Assembly (NCBI GenBank): GCA_965153285.1
Contig: OZ229111.1
Strand: one strand, 5' to 3'
Length of the DNA stretch: 64,000 nt
Source of the DNA: Podarcis tiliguerta
Taxonomy: Eukaryota
Part shown: piece by piece, positions 1 through 13,242 of the stretch
How positions within the stretch are numbered: the stretch's first letter is position 1
How the letters are laid out: every line of letters starts with the position of its first letter
Made by a program: the position numbers and the translations under genes
Notes under the pieces: model-generated
Told to the model about the DNA's origin: nothing
Database searches by the model: none
What the model saw: only the letters and a program-made list of their open reading frames with translations

Positions 1-859
1 AGTGTTCATGAGTTCACCCATTTTATCCTCACCATAACTGCTGATAGATGATTTCCCCAAAGCCAAGTGGGGCCTTGAACTCAAGAGCTCTGCAGTCCCA
101 AACGCCATATACTAGGAATAAGACATTGAGAACCACCCAAAGAATAGGTACAGCCACCATTCACCAGAACCAGGAATAATAAATAGCCATGGGTCCCAGT
201 TGCTGCAAAATGGATTTACAGAACAATGGACAGCAGAGCAAACTGCCCAGGCTGGTCTCTGAAACATCTTGTCTGACTAGCACCAGGCAGGGACTGAGTT
301 AAACTAGATGATCCAAGCTTCAGGTGCCTTTCTAGGGGGGTAGAAAGCATTCATGTACCTGGGACATTGAAGTACAGAGCACTGCTGTACCCATGCATCT
401 TCCATCCCGCTGCCTTAAATGTTGTTTCTTCTCCCATACTGGGCTTTGTGTATCACATTTTAGGCCTTCCATTCTGTGGTTTCAAGAAGACTCCAGGTAG
501 TTTTGCTCAAGTGCAAAAAGCATCCGCTATGGCTCAGGACTGGGTGAAATTAGCAGGGTTTGATTTGTATATAAATTGCCATTTGGGGGAAAGGGGCAAC
601 ATTTCATTTCACATGCCTGCACTACAGACCAGGGTACAGTTTGGCTGAGGGAGCAATGCAAGGATAAGATGCCCATGAGTTGAGATTTTGCTTTATTCTT
701 GGTGTCTTTGGTAGAGGAAGAACTTGGCACTGGGCGAAGGTGAGACAGGAGTCAATATCCAGACAGCCACACCTGTTTAACCTACAGAACGGCAAGTGAA
801 ACTGAATCAGCGGTTAATGGGAGAGCAGGGCTCAGTCCTCCTAACTGGATTACCAGGAA

Positions 860-1050
860 CATAGAAATGTGCCTTATACTGAGTCAGACCATTGGTCCAT
901 CTAGCTCAGTATTCTCTACACTGACTGGCAACAGCTCTCCAGAACTTTGGGCAGCAATCTCTCCCAGTCCTACATTGATATACCAGGGATTGAACACAGG
1001 ATCTTTTACATGCAGAGCAGATGCTTCTGTCGCTGAGCTATGACCCATCC
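860..1050 (-). mobile_element. tRNA-derived SINE with CR1-like tail (Squam3-like)
   Basis: Reverse strand shows tRNA-like A/B box head and TAGATGGACCAATGGTCTGACTCAGTATAAGG tail; related degenerate copies at ~50145-50320 and ~50580-50760. Confidence 0.6.
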
Positions 1051-1071
1051 GACTAGCCAAGCAATAGGTGT

Positions 1072-1447
1072 GTAAAGGTAAGGTAAAGGACCCCTGGACG
1101 GTCAAGTCCAGTCAAAGGCGACCATGGGGTGTGGCGCTCATCTCACTTTTCAGGCCAAGGGAGCCGGTGTTTGTCCACAGACAGCTTTCTGGGTCATATT
1201 GCCAGCATGACTAAACCGCTTCTGGCGCACGGAGGACCATGACAAGTGCCAGAGCACATGGAAATGCTGCTTACCTTCCCGCCACAGTGGTACCCATTTA
1301 TCTACTTGCACTTGTATGCTTTTGAACTGTTAGGTTGGCAGAAGCTGGGACAGAGCAACAGGAGCTTACCCCGTCACGGGGATTCGAACCGCAGACCTTC
1401 TGATCGGCAAGCCCAAGAAGCTCATTGGTCTAGACCATAGCGCCATT
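1072..1447 (-). mobile_element. Sauria SINE
   Basis: tRNA-like head with B box GGTTCGAATCCC, BovB-like 3' end and ACCTT(T) repeat tail on minus strand; homologous to the copy at 40057-40554. Confidence 0.88.
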
Positions 1448-4099
1448 TGCGTGTGTACACCTATCTCAGCTGCTGAGCCTCACTCTGGTCACTCCCACTC
1501 CTCCTCCATTTCCTGCCCCACCCTTTGCCACAAACCCTTGAGGGTGGGGATTACCCCAGTTTGTGGATGAACACAAAAGGGATCACAGGTAATATAGGGA
1601 ATTAACCTCAGGGTGCTACAACATTGCACATAATTACTAGCAACTGCTTTGGGTGTGCAACAAACACAGCAATGCCAATCAGGACACCTGCCAGAGGTTA
1701 GCCAGTTCCTGACCCAGTTATGGGAAAGGGACCAGTTGCCGGATGTATCAGCTGAGTAATGCGTAGCATTGGATCACAGGCCCTGTAGCTACAGGTTGGG
1801 CTGAGGGAATTCCAAGTCCCTTCCTCATTTGGCTTTCAGTAAATTAAAAGCATCTGGCTCTTTTACTTATTGGTGAAGAAATAAGTGCAGGCAGCAGTGT
1901 GTCTAGTAAAGCAAGCTGGCACTCAGTTTCACTTGCAGATCTTTATTTTCAAATGTAATTACTTAAAATTTAGTCGTGTAAAACTTGAAAAAGCTACTTC
2001 CATGTATTTCTTTGCCATTTCACATTAACTTTCTACAGCCCCCACACTGTGCCTTTAGATCATATAGCAGTCGCACAAAATCCCTGGCTTGAGGCCGACT
2101 GATGACTCCCACCATGACCAGTAGCTTATTTCAGGAGCAGATGCTAGCAGTGCCATGTGCATTTTCTGACGTGAGGCAAGCAGGTGCCGCTTCCATAAAG
2201 GCTTGCCTTGCAGGCCGAAGGGGTTTTCAGGCTCTATTCGGAAAACTATGGCAAACCCTAGCAAGCACATTCTCGACACACTTCACTAGACTTTGAACCC
2301 AGCACTTGGCGGAGCAAGGCTGATCGCCCTGGCCTCCATCCAAGGCAAATGACAAGGCTCTCTCCTTTCCACCACCAAAGTGTACTGTTTGGTGTGTCAT
2401 CGGGGTGACAAGGAAGGGCAGGGACAAGGGGAACCTGTTCTCGCTTGGGCTTGACCAGATCCTATATTTACACTAACTCCAAATGAGAGAACTGGTCATC
2501 CAAATACACGCCTGTGAATACACACACACAAGGCACTTCAACATCCACCAAGCACAGCAATTCACTGTCCTCCTGTTGCTTCACGGAATGGTGGTTCCCA
2601 CCTCAGCCCAGAAGCAGGGTACATTTAGTCTCTAAGGAGAAAACAGCTTCTGGGCAGAAAGGCCCTCAGTTGCGGGAGGGAGGGGGAGAGAGACTCTAGT
2701 TATTCATTGTCACACAACCTTGCAAGCCATTCCTGTTGCTCCCAGCTCCAGAGCTGGCTGTGGACCAGCAGGCTTCAAACCCTATTATGTTACTTTCAGG
2801 TCAACAGCCTCAGAGGAACACCCGTTGTCGTCATCCTCTCCTCCCCTCCCCATAGCAGCCCATACACTATGAGGAAGGCCTGTCACACACTAGCTGGTAG
2901 CCTTCTGCCTACAGGTATGCAAGCAACATGAAGCTCCTTATACTTTTAGAAGCCACTGTCAAGGGCCGTCTCACTTACCCACACCTCCACCTTGCCATGT
3001 AAGTCATGCTTAGGCTACTTCATCCATAGAACACTCCCCCCCCCCCCACTCTGCAAATCCTTACATGTCTGACAGTTGTGGAGCAACGCGAAGGAAGCAT
3101 GGCTTCTCAATGAACACAAAGCGCACAGGCTGGCCCACCACCCTTTTGGCAGCAGAGAGGGCGAAGCCAGGAGAGGGATCTGGGTTAGCAGGGGCACCAG
3201 AGCAGCGACAAAGAGCACACACTTCTATGAAGCAACAGCAAGAAGGTCAATCCCCCACTAGGGATTGTCTGCTCCCCCCTACCCTCCTCCATCATGCATG
3301 AAAGCAACGCCAATCTGCAAATCCTCACAGAACATTAATTCCAGGCCTGGCAGAGACAAAGGGAACAGCGGGGAGAGCCCAGGGTTGCCAAGGAAAGGAG
3401 CACAGTCCTGGGCCCAGCATTGCCAAGGAGCTGAAGAAGACCAAGCTAAAGATGCAAAGTGGTCCTTGAGTAGTCCTTACCGAGATGGCGAAACCAGAGG
3501 ATCAAGTACAAGCCCAGAAGCCTTACTAGTTACCTCCCATCTCTCTCTCCCCCCTGCCTTCCAGCTGCCACAGCTTAGCCTCAGAATACAGCTCCACAGC
3601 TGGGGCCGTGCTGGTGGCACCCATTGGCAGGGCTTCCCCTGGAGGAATTTAACGCCACAAAATAATGCCACTTAGCAAAGGTAAACACAAACAGCAGCGC
3701 CCTGCTCTCGGCTTCTGCAAGTGAATGCTGTCACTAAGCAGGGTGGGGCGGCACTGACACCCTCAGGCTCCGCAGACCAGCTGGACCCCAGGGAAAAGCA
3801 TGTTTCGGCTCTGATCTCACCTAACAGTATGCTAGTCATGCAGGTGCTGCCAACACTGTTAACAAAAGGCAACACAAAAAGCCAGGGAGGAATTGAGCTT
3901 AGTGAAGGGGGGGGGGGCTGAGGCTTACCCAGGGCTGCTCTTAGCAAAGGAGCTGCAGCAGACATGGCAGAACACCTACCCACCCCTCCGCTATCATGGC
4001 AGCCTCCCCCTCCCCTCACACGCCCCACTTCGACCTACAAAAAAGGCGCCCTCCCAGCCCAGACGCCAATTCCCCTCTCCTAATCACAGCTCCGTCCAC

Positions 4100-5560
4100 A
4101 CCTGGGGAAGCCCGGCACCTGCGTGGGGAGAGACATTAGGCGACCCTCGCCAGGAAGAAAGGAGCAGACTCGAGTCGCTCCCCCCTCCACCTCAGCCCCA
4201 CCCGGGCTATCTAGTCGAGAAGGCGGCGACCGAGCGGAGCCCATTGTTAGCGCTGAAAGGGTGGGATGGAAGCAGCAGGGCTGGTTGCCAAGGCAGCCCA
4301 CCCCATCCCATCCCTCCCCGGGTGCTATAGCAGGTAGGGCATCCCACGGAGCCGAGCGCGATGGGGAGGCGGACATATTATCCTAGCCGGGGAGGAGCAG
4401 GCAGAAGAAACACAAACCCAGGAGCTCGCCAGGGACGGCGAGATCGGGTCGAAGGCGGGCGGGGGGGGGGACGGGAATCACGGCTTCCTCTCTCCTTAAC
4501 TCACACGCAGCCACTGGAGATCCCGCCCCTCCTCCTCGGAAGGCAGATCAGGAAGGGAAAGAAACCCCGACCCCGCCGACGGGCTGCCCGCTCCCCTCCC
4601 CGCGCGGGGCTCCCTCCGTACCTGCACCCCCGTAGCCCTTGGCGAGCACCCAGGCCAGGCTGGCGGCGCTGCGCGCCCGAGGGAAGTCATACTGATCCAA
4701 GGGCTTGATCTCGGGGACCAAGAAGCTTTTCCTCATGGCCGCGGCTGCAGCAGGGGCAGCAGCCACCATGGCCCCTCCACCGGGCGCAGGAGCTGGGTTC
4801 GGCCTGCTGCGGCGGCGGCGGCGCAGAACGAGCTGGTGGCGGTGGCGGTAGCGGCGGCCCCAGCCGAGCGCATCCCCGTCCGGTTTTCCCTCCCCTCCAG
4901 CTCCAGGTGCGAGCGCCCGCCCCGGCGTCCTCCTCCTCCTCCTCCTGCTCCTCTTCCCTCCCCCACGTGATCTGGGCCGTCAATCAGCGCGGGGGCGGGG
5001 CTTGCAGACAGGTAATTGCCCCGGGTGCGCGGTGGGGGGGGGGGGAGAGGAGGAGGAGGCGGTGTAAGAGGGTTGGGTGGAATGGAGCTGCAGCCCCGCG
5101 GTGGGTGGGGCGCGTGCGCGCCTTGCAGTAAGCAGGCCGCCTGGCGCTGGTGGGGGGAGCCTGCAGCTCCATTGATCTTACTTACAAACACACGCGGCAA
5201 AGAGGAGGCTGGGATTCCTCCTGCTCCCTCCCTCTCTCCCCCCAACCCTTTCCTCCTGGCATAACGCTTCCTCTTTGCCTAGGCTGCAAGCGAGCGCCCC
5301 AGTCCTTTTCTCCGGGAGAGGGAGAGACACAAAGGAGCCGCAGCCTCGGCTGGAGCAAGCGAGAGAGCGCGCGCGCCCGCGCCCGCCCTCCTTCCCATGC
5401 ACACCTCCACCATGTTGGGAGGCAGGCATGACCCTCCCACGGGGCGCGGGGAAAGTGAGGTGGCCTCCCGCGCTGGCCCCTTCCCGCAAATGCTCATTTA
5501 TTCAAGTAGTACGTGGTGCGTGTCCGGCTCTGCAAATTCTTCTTGCTGTCCGCTGCCCGG
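4100..5560. promoter_or_regulatory. CpG island / CAMSAP3 promoter
   Basis: Very GC- and CpG-rich versus CpG-depleted flanks; GC box GGGGCGGGGC ~4992-5001, E-box CACGTG 4964-4969, TGATTGAC motif on the minus strand ~4979-4986. Confidence 0.85.
4622..4769 (-). CDS. CAMSAP3: Calmodulin-regulated spectrin-associated protein 3, first coding exon (148 nt); rest of gene left of window
   Basis: MVAAAPAAAAAMRKSFLVPEIKPLDQYDFPRARSAASLAWVLAKGYGGA matches the CAMSAP N-terminus, closest to CAMSAP3 (FLVPEIKxLDQYDF..ASLAWVL); Kozak gccATGG; donor CAG|gtacgg; in CpG island. Confidence 0.87.
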
Positions 5561-5699
5561 AATTAACTTAAGCCCAGTTCGGATTCTCTCCCGCCCTTCC
5601 CAACAAGGATGTTTTTAAAATAATAATTTAGAAGAAGGTTCACCCAAGTGCGTTGGAGCACATTCACTCCAAGGAAAGGCTAAACGTTTTGGAGTGTTC

Positions 5700-5900
5700 T
5701 GGTTTAGAAGAAGGGGGGAAATGATAAAGGTGTATAAAATTATAAATGGAGGAAATATTTTTTTCTTTCTCCTCTAAGACTAGAACTTGGGTTACCCAGT
5801 GAAAGTGACTGGGAGTAGAGTCAGATAAATATTTTTTTTTGGAATTGACCCCCGAAAGATGGCTTTAAAGGCGCACTAGAAATTCATTGAGGATAACGCT
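5700..5900 (+). mobile_element. Degenerate CR1 LINE 3' fragment
   Basis: Resembles CR1 ORF2 end (ATGATAAAGGTGTATAAAATTATAAATGG); recognised by pattern only. Confidence 0.4.
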
Positions 5901-6360
5901 ACCAATGGCGACTCACTAGAATGTCCTCCCTCCTCTGTCAGAGGCAGGATGCCTCAGAATACCATTTGTTGGTGATCACAAATGGGGAAGAGTGCCTATA
6001 ACATTAGTGTCTCACATCAAGTATAACTGATCTGTAGAAAAGATTCTACGAATGGAAAACAGAGACACTGTAAATACTTTTGTAACCCAATAAAATCTTT
6101 AATAAAAACTTTTTTTAAAAAGTGGAGAGAGTGCTGATATGCCTCAAGTTCTTCTTGCAATGGTTTGCCACAGGAACCTGGTTGGCCACAATGACAATGG
6201 GACGCTATACTAAATGAGCCCTCGGCCTGATTCAGCATGAATGTTCTCGTGATGACAGGGCACTGCTTTTGGTTGCATGATGCTGACTGCAGGACTCTGT
6301 CTGTATCTTACGGATTCCTCTGAAGAGGGAGGAGATGTAAAGCACAGCATACCCAAAAAA

Positions 6361-6753
6361 CATAGCTGTCAACCTTCCCTTTTTTTTTGAAATACCCTTA
6401 TTCCAGCACCGTTTCCCGCTGCTATCCCAGATTGTTAGATATCCCGTAGACTGTCCCCGGGACAGGTGAGGCTGCTGATCCCTTATTTTCTTTTTTTTTA
6501 ATAAATATTTTATTCGTTTTTGCATAAAAGACAACAAAGCAAAACAAAACAACAAACAATACACCAAAAACATACAGAATTACACAAACATAACATACTA
6601 CAAAAAACAGAAATAAAAACAATCTTATCTTCATATTAATCTTGCATTAACTTGTTTCTCTGACTTCCCCGAGTCTCCCTTCCCTGTATTCCAATTCACT
6701 GATCCCTTATTTTCGAGGCTGCTTATTTTCAAATTTGAAAGTTGACAGCTATG
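6361..6753. mobile_element. hAT-like MITE interrupted by a LINE fragment
   Basis: TIR CATAGCTGTCAAC...GTTGACAGCTATG; same TIR as the 90-bp element at 52020-52109. Confidence 0.8.
6491..6698 (-). mobile_element. 5'-truncated L1-like retro-insertion
   Basis: Poly(A) tail and AATAAA on minus strand; perfect 16-bp TSD CTGATCCCTTATTTTC at 6475-6490 and 6699-6714. Confidence 0.75.
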
Positions 6754-8419
6754 CAGAAAAAGGAGCAGACCCCTCATCCTCTCTGTGCCCCATTTAGTTT
6801 TCTCCTGGCTGAGGTTGCTTGAACAGAGGAAACATTTATGTTAAGGGTGAGTGGGACATGGCTGGGTTTAGTTCCTATTTTCCCACCAATGCTATACTTG
6901 AAATCACCCAGTCTACCCCAGGATTTATAGGGAGTTGGTGGCAATCCTAATTCTACACATGGAATCTGCTACCATCAGAACTTGTCTGGCACTTAGGTGA
7001 CTTTGTAAAAGGAGTAGACCAACTCGTGAAGAAGGATTAGCCTAAAACCAGCTATTAGCTCTGCCACCTAAATTGAACCTCGACCTTCAGGCACAATATG
7101 CCTCTTAGTGCTTAGGTGCAAGGAAAGCAAACAGTGAAGAAGAACCACTAGCTTGATTGCCCTGCTTCCTAGAAGCATCTGGCTGACTGGCCGCTGTTGG
7201 AAACAGGATACTGGGCCAGACGGACCCTTGCTCTGGTCTAGTTCAGCTCTTTAGCTTATAATAGTGGATCCATCTCAAAAGGGGACATGGTCTTGCTTGG
7301 AGGTTCTATGCAGGGGAGCACAGCTAGTGTATACTGTACACTTGACCGAAGAACAGTACACTCCTTCTATCTGGGATGGCCATCCTCTTCCACTGAGTGT
7401 GCAGCTTTGGGAGGGAAGCACATGGAGTGGTGAGGGAAGGAGGGGACACCCACCTTGCCAGCCAGATCAGCTGAATCAACCCTGGCAATCAATGGGGTGA
7501 CAGATGTCGCAGCCAGATCACCCTCACATTTCAGCCTTCTGTGTCTTTGAAGAGGGAGCTCTAAGCAGGATGCATGGGCAGCGGTATGGAACCTGTGACC
7601 CTCTAGATGTTGTTGGGCCACAACTCCCATCAACACCATCCAGCATAGCCAACCATCAGGGATGCTGGGAGTTGTAGCCTAGTTACACCTGGAAGGCCAA
7701 AATGCCTTATCCCTGGCCTAACAGTGGTCCCTCAACCAGCTGGCTTCAGTCTAAGAGAGTTGTTCTACTGCATGCAATCCAAGTTCTGGCACAACTTGAG
7801 CTTATTTCTAAGTAAATATAGGGTCAGATGTACTGCCAAGATCCAATTGACCTTAATTTAAAATAAGGCTTTCCCCTCTAAAATCCAATATTTTCATAAT
7901 ACTAATTTTAACAAAGTAACTAGTTCTCCTATGGGGCAAAATCTGAGTTAATACTCAGAGCTTCAAGGATCAGATAATGAAAGAAACAAGACTCCGTGTG
8001 TTGACACTTTGTGTCTGTTCTCTGTGTCCCAGTAGAGCTGATCTGGTGGTATTGGGTATCATTTCCATGGTAATACACAGAACGTTGAATGGATTGCACT
8101 TTGGAGCATTAGAATTCTAACATCTGGAAGGTCCTATAAAATAAAGACATCTGGAAAACATACCCTCAGTCCCAAACAAAAATGAAACACTACCCAAAAG
8201 GATTGTGGTAGTTCTCAAAGTACATTTCTCATTCAGAAAACATTTTAAACATTGAGTAGTTGATCACTGTTATCCTGCGATAATCAGGGTGGGTTGCTAG
8301 GCCCCACTGAGCTCCAGGCAAGATGGTGGAGAGGAAGAAGGAGTGGAGAAGGAGTGCCTTTATTTAGATGTGTGATGTGGAGCAAGATAATGAATACACA
8401 AGCTAAGATCTATCTACAG

Positions 8420-8625
8420 CAGAGCTTTCCAAACTTTTCATGTTGGTGACACACTTTTTAGACATGCATCATTTTGGGACACAGTAATTCAGTTTTCCTA
8501 GCAAACCAGAGGTTGAACTAACCCCTTTCCAGACCAGGGAGGTGTGAGGGGAGCATTTGCGCTGCACACCTACACACTGCAGCCAACACACAAACGTGTC
8601 GTGACACACAGTTTGGAAAGCTCTG
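8420..8625. mobile_element. hAT (Charlie-like) MITE
   Basis: Perfect 16-bp TIR CAGAGCTTTCCAAACT; 8-bp TSD ATCTACAG/ATCTACAC. Confidence 0.88.
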
Positions 8626-11142
8626 ATCTACACATACACTCAAGCAGGTAAATCAGACCTGGAAATGTTACATGCACATGTTCAAAGCTCTTTCACTATA
8701 CCCTCTGATAGCAATTTCTTCCACTATGCTACAACAAAAGAATATCACACATTTTCTAATAAGCTGAGCAGTTGCTTATAAGGACATTTCAGCAGCACTG
8801 GATGCATCAATGCATCCCTAAACTGTCTAGTTAGTTGTAGTTTATCAGGGTCCCCAGCAGAGTTAGACAGATGTGCTTAGACGTGCTTCTTCCTAGTTCC
8901 AGGTGTGTAGGGTTAAGTAGTGGCCATTTGACTACTCTACCCAGGCTCAGAGGCACTGATCAATATTGCCTCTCCCTCACTTGTTCCTGGGCTGAGCCCT
9001 GGCACTGATGATGATGGATGTGGTGGATGGAGGTAAGTCCCAAATTTTCAATGACTTACAATTTTATGCTTTTTCTTACATAGGAAATAAAATGCCATCT
9101 GCATGTACCATCATGTGCATTTTGCTGCATGCACAGTAAATTAATGCCTTTGGTGCCAGTTTCTCCACCAGTACCTAGAAATACATGCAATCAGTACAAG
9201 CAATAATGTGTCATACTTTCCTATACAGAAACATTTAATGTAGCATATGTAGCAGTCTTCTGATATACTTTTAATTGGCATCAGCCAGCCATGATACCAG
9301 GTGAGATTTAAACCATAATCCCATAACTCCCATTTGGGGTAAATCCATTGAACATGAGACTCCCCCCCTCAAATGTTGCTGGACTCAAACTCCCATCATT
9401 CCCTTGGCTATAGCTGCGCTGTCTGGGGCTGATGGGAGCTGGCAATCCACCAACTTCTGAAAGGCCTCATGTTCCCCACCTTTGTCTTAGGCCAAGGATT
9501 TTACATTTTACTCATTACAATATCTCACCTTTCACTTCCTCTGTAGAACCTCAATTGCCCTTCAGTTCTGAGGTCCCAAATCATTTGAGATTTAGTGCTT
9601 TGAATTCAGCCCAGATGCCAACTGAGAGACAATTCCTGTTGGTACAATTCTGATACGATCACAAAAACAGACTTCTACACCGCTGGAAATTTCTGAACGG
9701 TTTTCACAGGCAGCTTCCCATTGACCATATTACAGTAGCCTAAGCTGGATGTAACAAAAGCATGCAGAACTATAGCAAATTGGTGCACTAGACTAAAGTG
9801 TGCACAAGCATTCTACTTATTTATGTAGAAGCAAAGCCAAATCTTAAAAGCACTCCCAAACTGCAAATCTGCTATTCTTGGGTGAACCATTTTTTCAAGC
9901 AGCAGAACCTCCATCTTTCCTGGATGAAGCCTCAGTTTGATCCCAGAAAATAATGGGATAATGCATGATTTCTAACAGAGACTTCCAACACTTTAAATAA
10001 AATCCTTTAAAAAAGAGGCTAGGTTAGTTTCACTGAATTTTCAAATAGATGGATTGTGAGCTCTTGCGTGAATAATAAATTACCTGCTCAGATAGACTGC
10101 TGCAATGGAGAAGATTTCATATAGATATATGCCAGGAGTGCAGAATGATTGGCCTTTTAGACATTGCTGAACTACAATTCCCATCAGCCTTAGCAAGCAT
10201 GGTCACTGGCCAGTGATGGTGGGAGTTGCAGTTCAGCAATATCTGGCGGTCCAAAGGCTCCCCACACCGGATACCTGCATACAAATTTCCCTACTGGAGA
10301 ACAAGATTCCATCTAATACAGCATCCTTTGTGGAAAGCTCATTAGCAGGGCATGACAACAGTAGACCTTCCTCATTGCCTCTCCTCCTATTCCTCAACAC
10401 CCATCCCATCATCCCCCCCCCCCCCCCCGTTCTTATCATACCAGAACTTGGAGCCTGGATCTACCGCCAGTCCATTTCACGGGATAACACCATAGATAAG
10501 AGAGCAGGGAACCTGTATAGTTGCATCAGTCTGAAAAATCTAATTCAGATAAGTTACAGAAGCTGAGCCCGGAATCAAACAAATCAAGGACTTGTCCACC
10601 TTGCGTCAACCAATTAGATTATGCTCCATTTGCCAAGGGCTGAGAATATAGGCCAGGATGTTTAGTTCCTGTTTAAAATTTATTTCTATAGCCTTTACAT
10701 AGGTTTGATCTCATAACTCTTTGAAGGCCCAGCCACTAACATGAAGAACGATGCTACCCCTATTTCATGGGTTTGACATTGTAGACACATGAACCCAGAT
10801 GTTCTGCTTCCTTTGGCAACAGCCTCTTGTGCTCCACCGGTTGAGGACAGAGGCCCTCATATGCAGGGCAAAGTCTGGCATTACTTCAGTAAGGGAATGC
10901 AGTTGCAAAGCTCCCCACTGTTAATCATTATGTGAAGGCAGTCAAAGCAAACTCCAGAGCTCTCCAGAGTGACTGAGTCTGGTTTCTAGGGTCTCTCTCA
11001 CAGGTGTATTTACAAACTTTAGGATAAGTCACCATTCCTCCAGTAAATGGAGAAAGCCATCTTCCATGCTTTGCTAAGGCCTTGGTAGGAAAAAGGTTGG
11101 TGATTACATTATTTGAATGCAGAAACTTTATTATTAGTATTA

Positions 11143-11384
11143 CAATGGTACCTTGGGTTACATACGCTTCAGGTTACATACACTTCAGGTTACAGACTCC
11201 GCTAACCCAGAAATATTACCTCTGGTTAAGAACTTTGCTTCAGGATGAGTGCAGAAATCGCACACCGGCGGCGCAGCGGCAGCGGGAGGCCCTATTAGCT
11301 AAAGTGGTGCTTCAGGTTAAGTACAGTTTCAGGTTAAGAACAGACTTCCAGAATGAATGAAGTTCTTAACCCGAGGTACCACTG
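11143..11384. mobile_element. Tc1/mariner (Tigger-like) MITE, family A
   Basis: TIR CAGTGGTACCTCGGGTTA-like, TA TSD; closely similar copies at 23314, 25934, 53576. Confidence 0.88.
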
Positions 11385-12409
11385 TATTAGAATTAGTATT
11401 TTTGCTTCTGTGTCATCATAGTTCCAGCATTCCCTTTGAAAGCAATTGTTTTGCACAAATTTCCCCTCACTAAGCGAATGAGAACAGAAGGAGATTTGGA
11501 TGCAGTTTCAAAGAACAAGGAATGCCAGGTCCCTGACTTACCCACCCCAAATCTAGCCGACATCCCCAGCAAGTCTCTGTGCTACCATCCCATCTCAGGG
11601 TCACCTCAACATTATCTCGACCCATGCTATTGTTGCTAAAGTCCTCTGGATTCTTCTCACATTGGCTACAATTCTGCCCATGCTTACCTGGGGGAAAGCT
11701 GGACTGAACTCAGTGGAACCTGAGAGAAGAGTGCCCCCTGGGGACTGAACTACCTTGCTGTCTTACTCACTTCATACCAGCTCAGACATGAAGCTGTTTA
11801 TCCCAATATCTGCTCGTAAAAGACGGCTGGCTGTTTACAGAAGCAAGTACAACATGCCAAGGTCTGCCCGTCTGAAATCATTACATTGTGCCATTAGTTA
11901 TAGCTGAGCAGCTGCACAGCAGTTACACCTTAAAGAATGGAAAGAATGCTCTTTTAGCTCAAGGGTGACAGAACAGAGGAAGAGAGGGAAATGTTTCCCC
12001 CCCCTGTAACTTCTAGTACAACTCCAGCTCTATCCTTCGCCACCCCAGATTTTTTGAATGATAGTGTGTGTCTGTACTGTTGATTTATCACAATTGAAGT
12101 GGTTTAGTAGCCACTGAAATGCCTCCCACGAGTCCCACCACTGTCTGACCTAAATTTCCCCTATGATCAATATTTCACTGATGAGTTTGGCTAATTCTGC
12201 TTTATCCAACACTGATTATTTATTTCCTGCTTCAGACTCAACTTGAACTTGAACTTCTTGCCTCTTAGACGCAAGAGCAGAGGTAGACCTTTAACATTCT
12301 GAGGTCCAAGATCTGGCCTGAAAAGCGCATGAGGTAGGTCTACTGTTGAAGATAAAGAAGTCTGGCTTCATAAATCACCTCAACAATATATTGCCTAGGA
12401 ACCACACAA

Positions 12410-12660
12410 GAGCTGGTATAGTGTAGCAGGTAATAAATTGAGCTGTGGACCAGGAAGTCCCTGGTTCAGATCTTAACTCAGTCATAATAATAATAATAAT
12501 TTATTATTTATACATCGCCCATCTAGGCACCATCTCATGGTCCTCATTTCTGCAATATTAAGGGATAATAATTCAGACTTATCATACAAGGTTGTTCTGT
12601 AAGGTGGACAACTAGATATTTCATATGAAGGGCTTTGGGCACTTTGAAAGAATGATTCTA
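12410..12660 (+). mobile_element. Old MIR/CORE-like SINE remnant
   Basis: tRNA-like head (TGGTATAGTG...CCTGGTTCAGATC) and CORE-like GATAATAAT...GGTTGTT; degenerate. Confidence 0.4.
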
Positions 12661-12674
12661 TTATTATTATTATT

Positions 12675-12714
<40 letters not shown>
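12659..12714. repeat. Compound microsatellite (TTA)n(AAC)n
   Basis: Direct reading. Confidence 0.95.
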
Positions 12715-13242
12715 TGATTAGCCTGCTATGAACTTTTCAATGTAAGAGAGTGAATACCATAATTAAGCACCCATATGCAACAAGACACAAACTGATGACA
12801 TTATTTATTATTTTTATCATTATCCAAGGTTGCCACCGTACACACACCTGTATGGGTGTAAGTCACCTTGAACTCAACATGACTTCTGAGTAAACATCCA
12901 TTGGATGATGCTGTACATCTCTCCTGCAGTCTCTTTCCTCTCTTCCTTGTCTTTCTTCTCTCACCAATCTTTTCTCTTCTCTTTCTCCTGAGATGGCCTT
13001 GGTACCAGTAGGATGACCAGCTCTGGGTAACTTTGCATCCTCATTGCTGTGGGTCATAAAACCCGCTGGCTCAAGACCAGGCTGAGATACCCTCCCATTC
13101 AAACTGCACAAGGAACCAGCCACCCAGCAGGACAGAAGCAAGCTGTCAAAGCCTGCTTTCCCTTTAATTTCTTTCTCCCTCAAGCAAGGAGTGGTAGGAG
13201 AGCCATCACCAGCAGGAAATATAAGAACAAATGCAACATTGA

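Noticed and set aside
11082-11360. Recurrent peptide [19 protein letters not shown] in ORFs at 11082 and 25978
   Set aside because: Translations of the same non-coding MITE family, not a gene family.
12482-12715. Poly-Leu/Ile signal-peptide-like ORF
   Set aside because: Translation of the (AAC)n/(TTA)n microsatellite.
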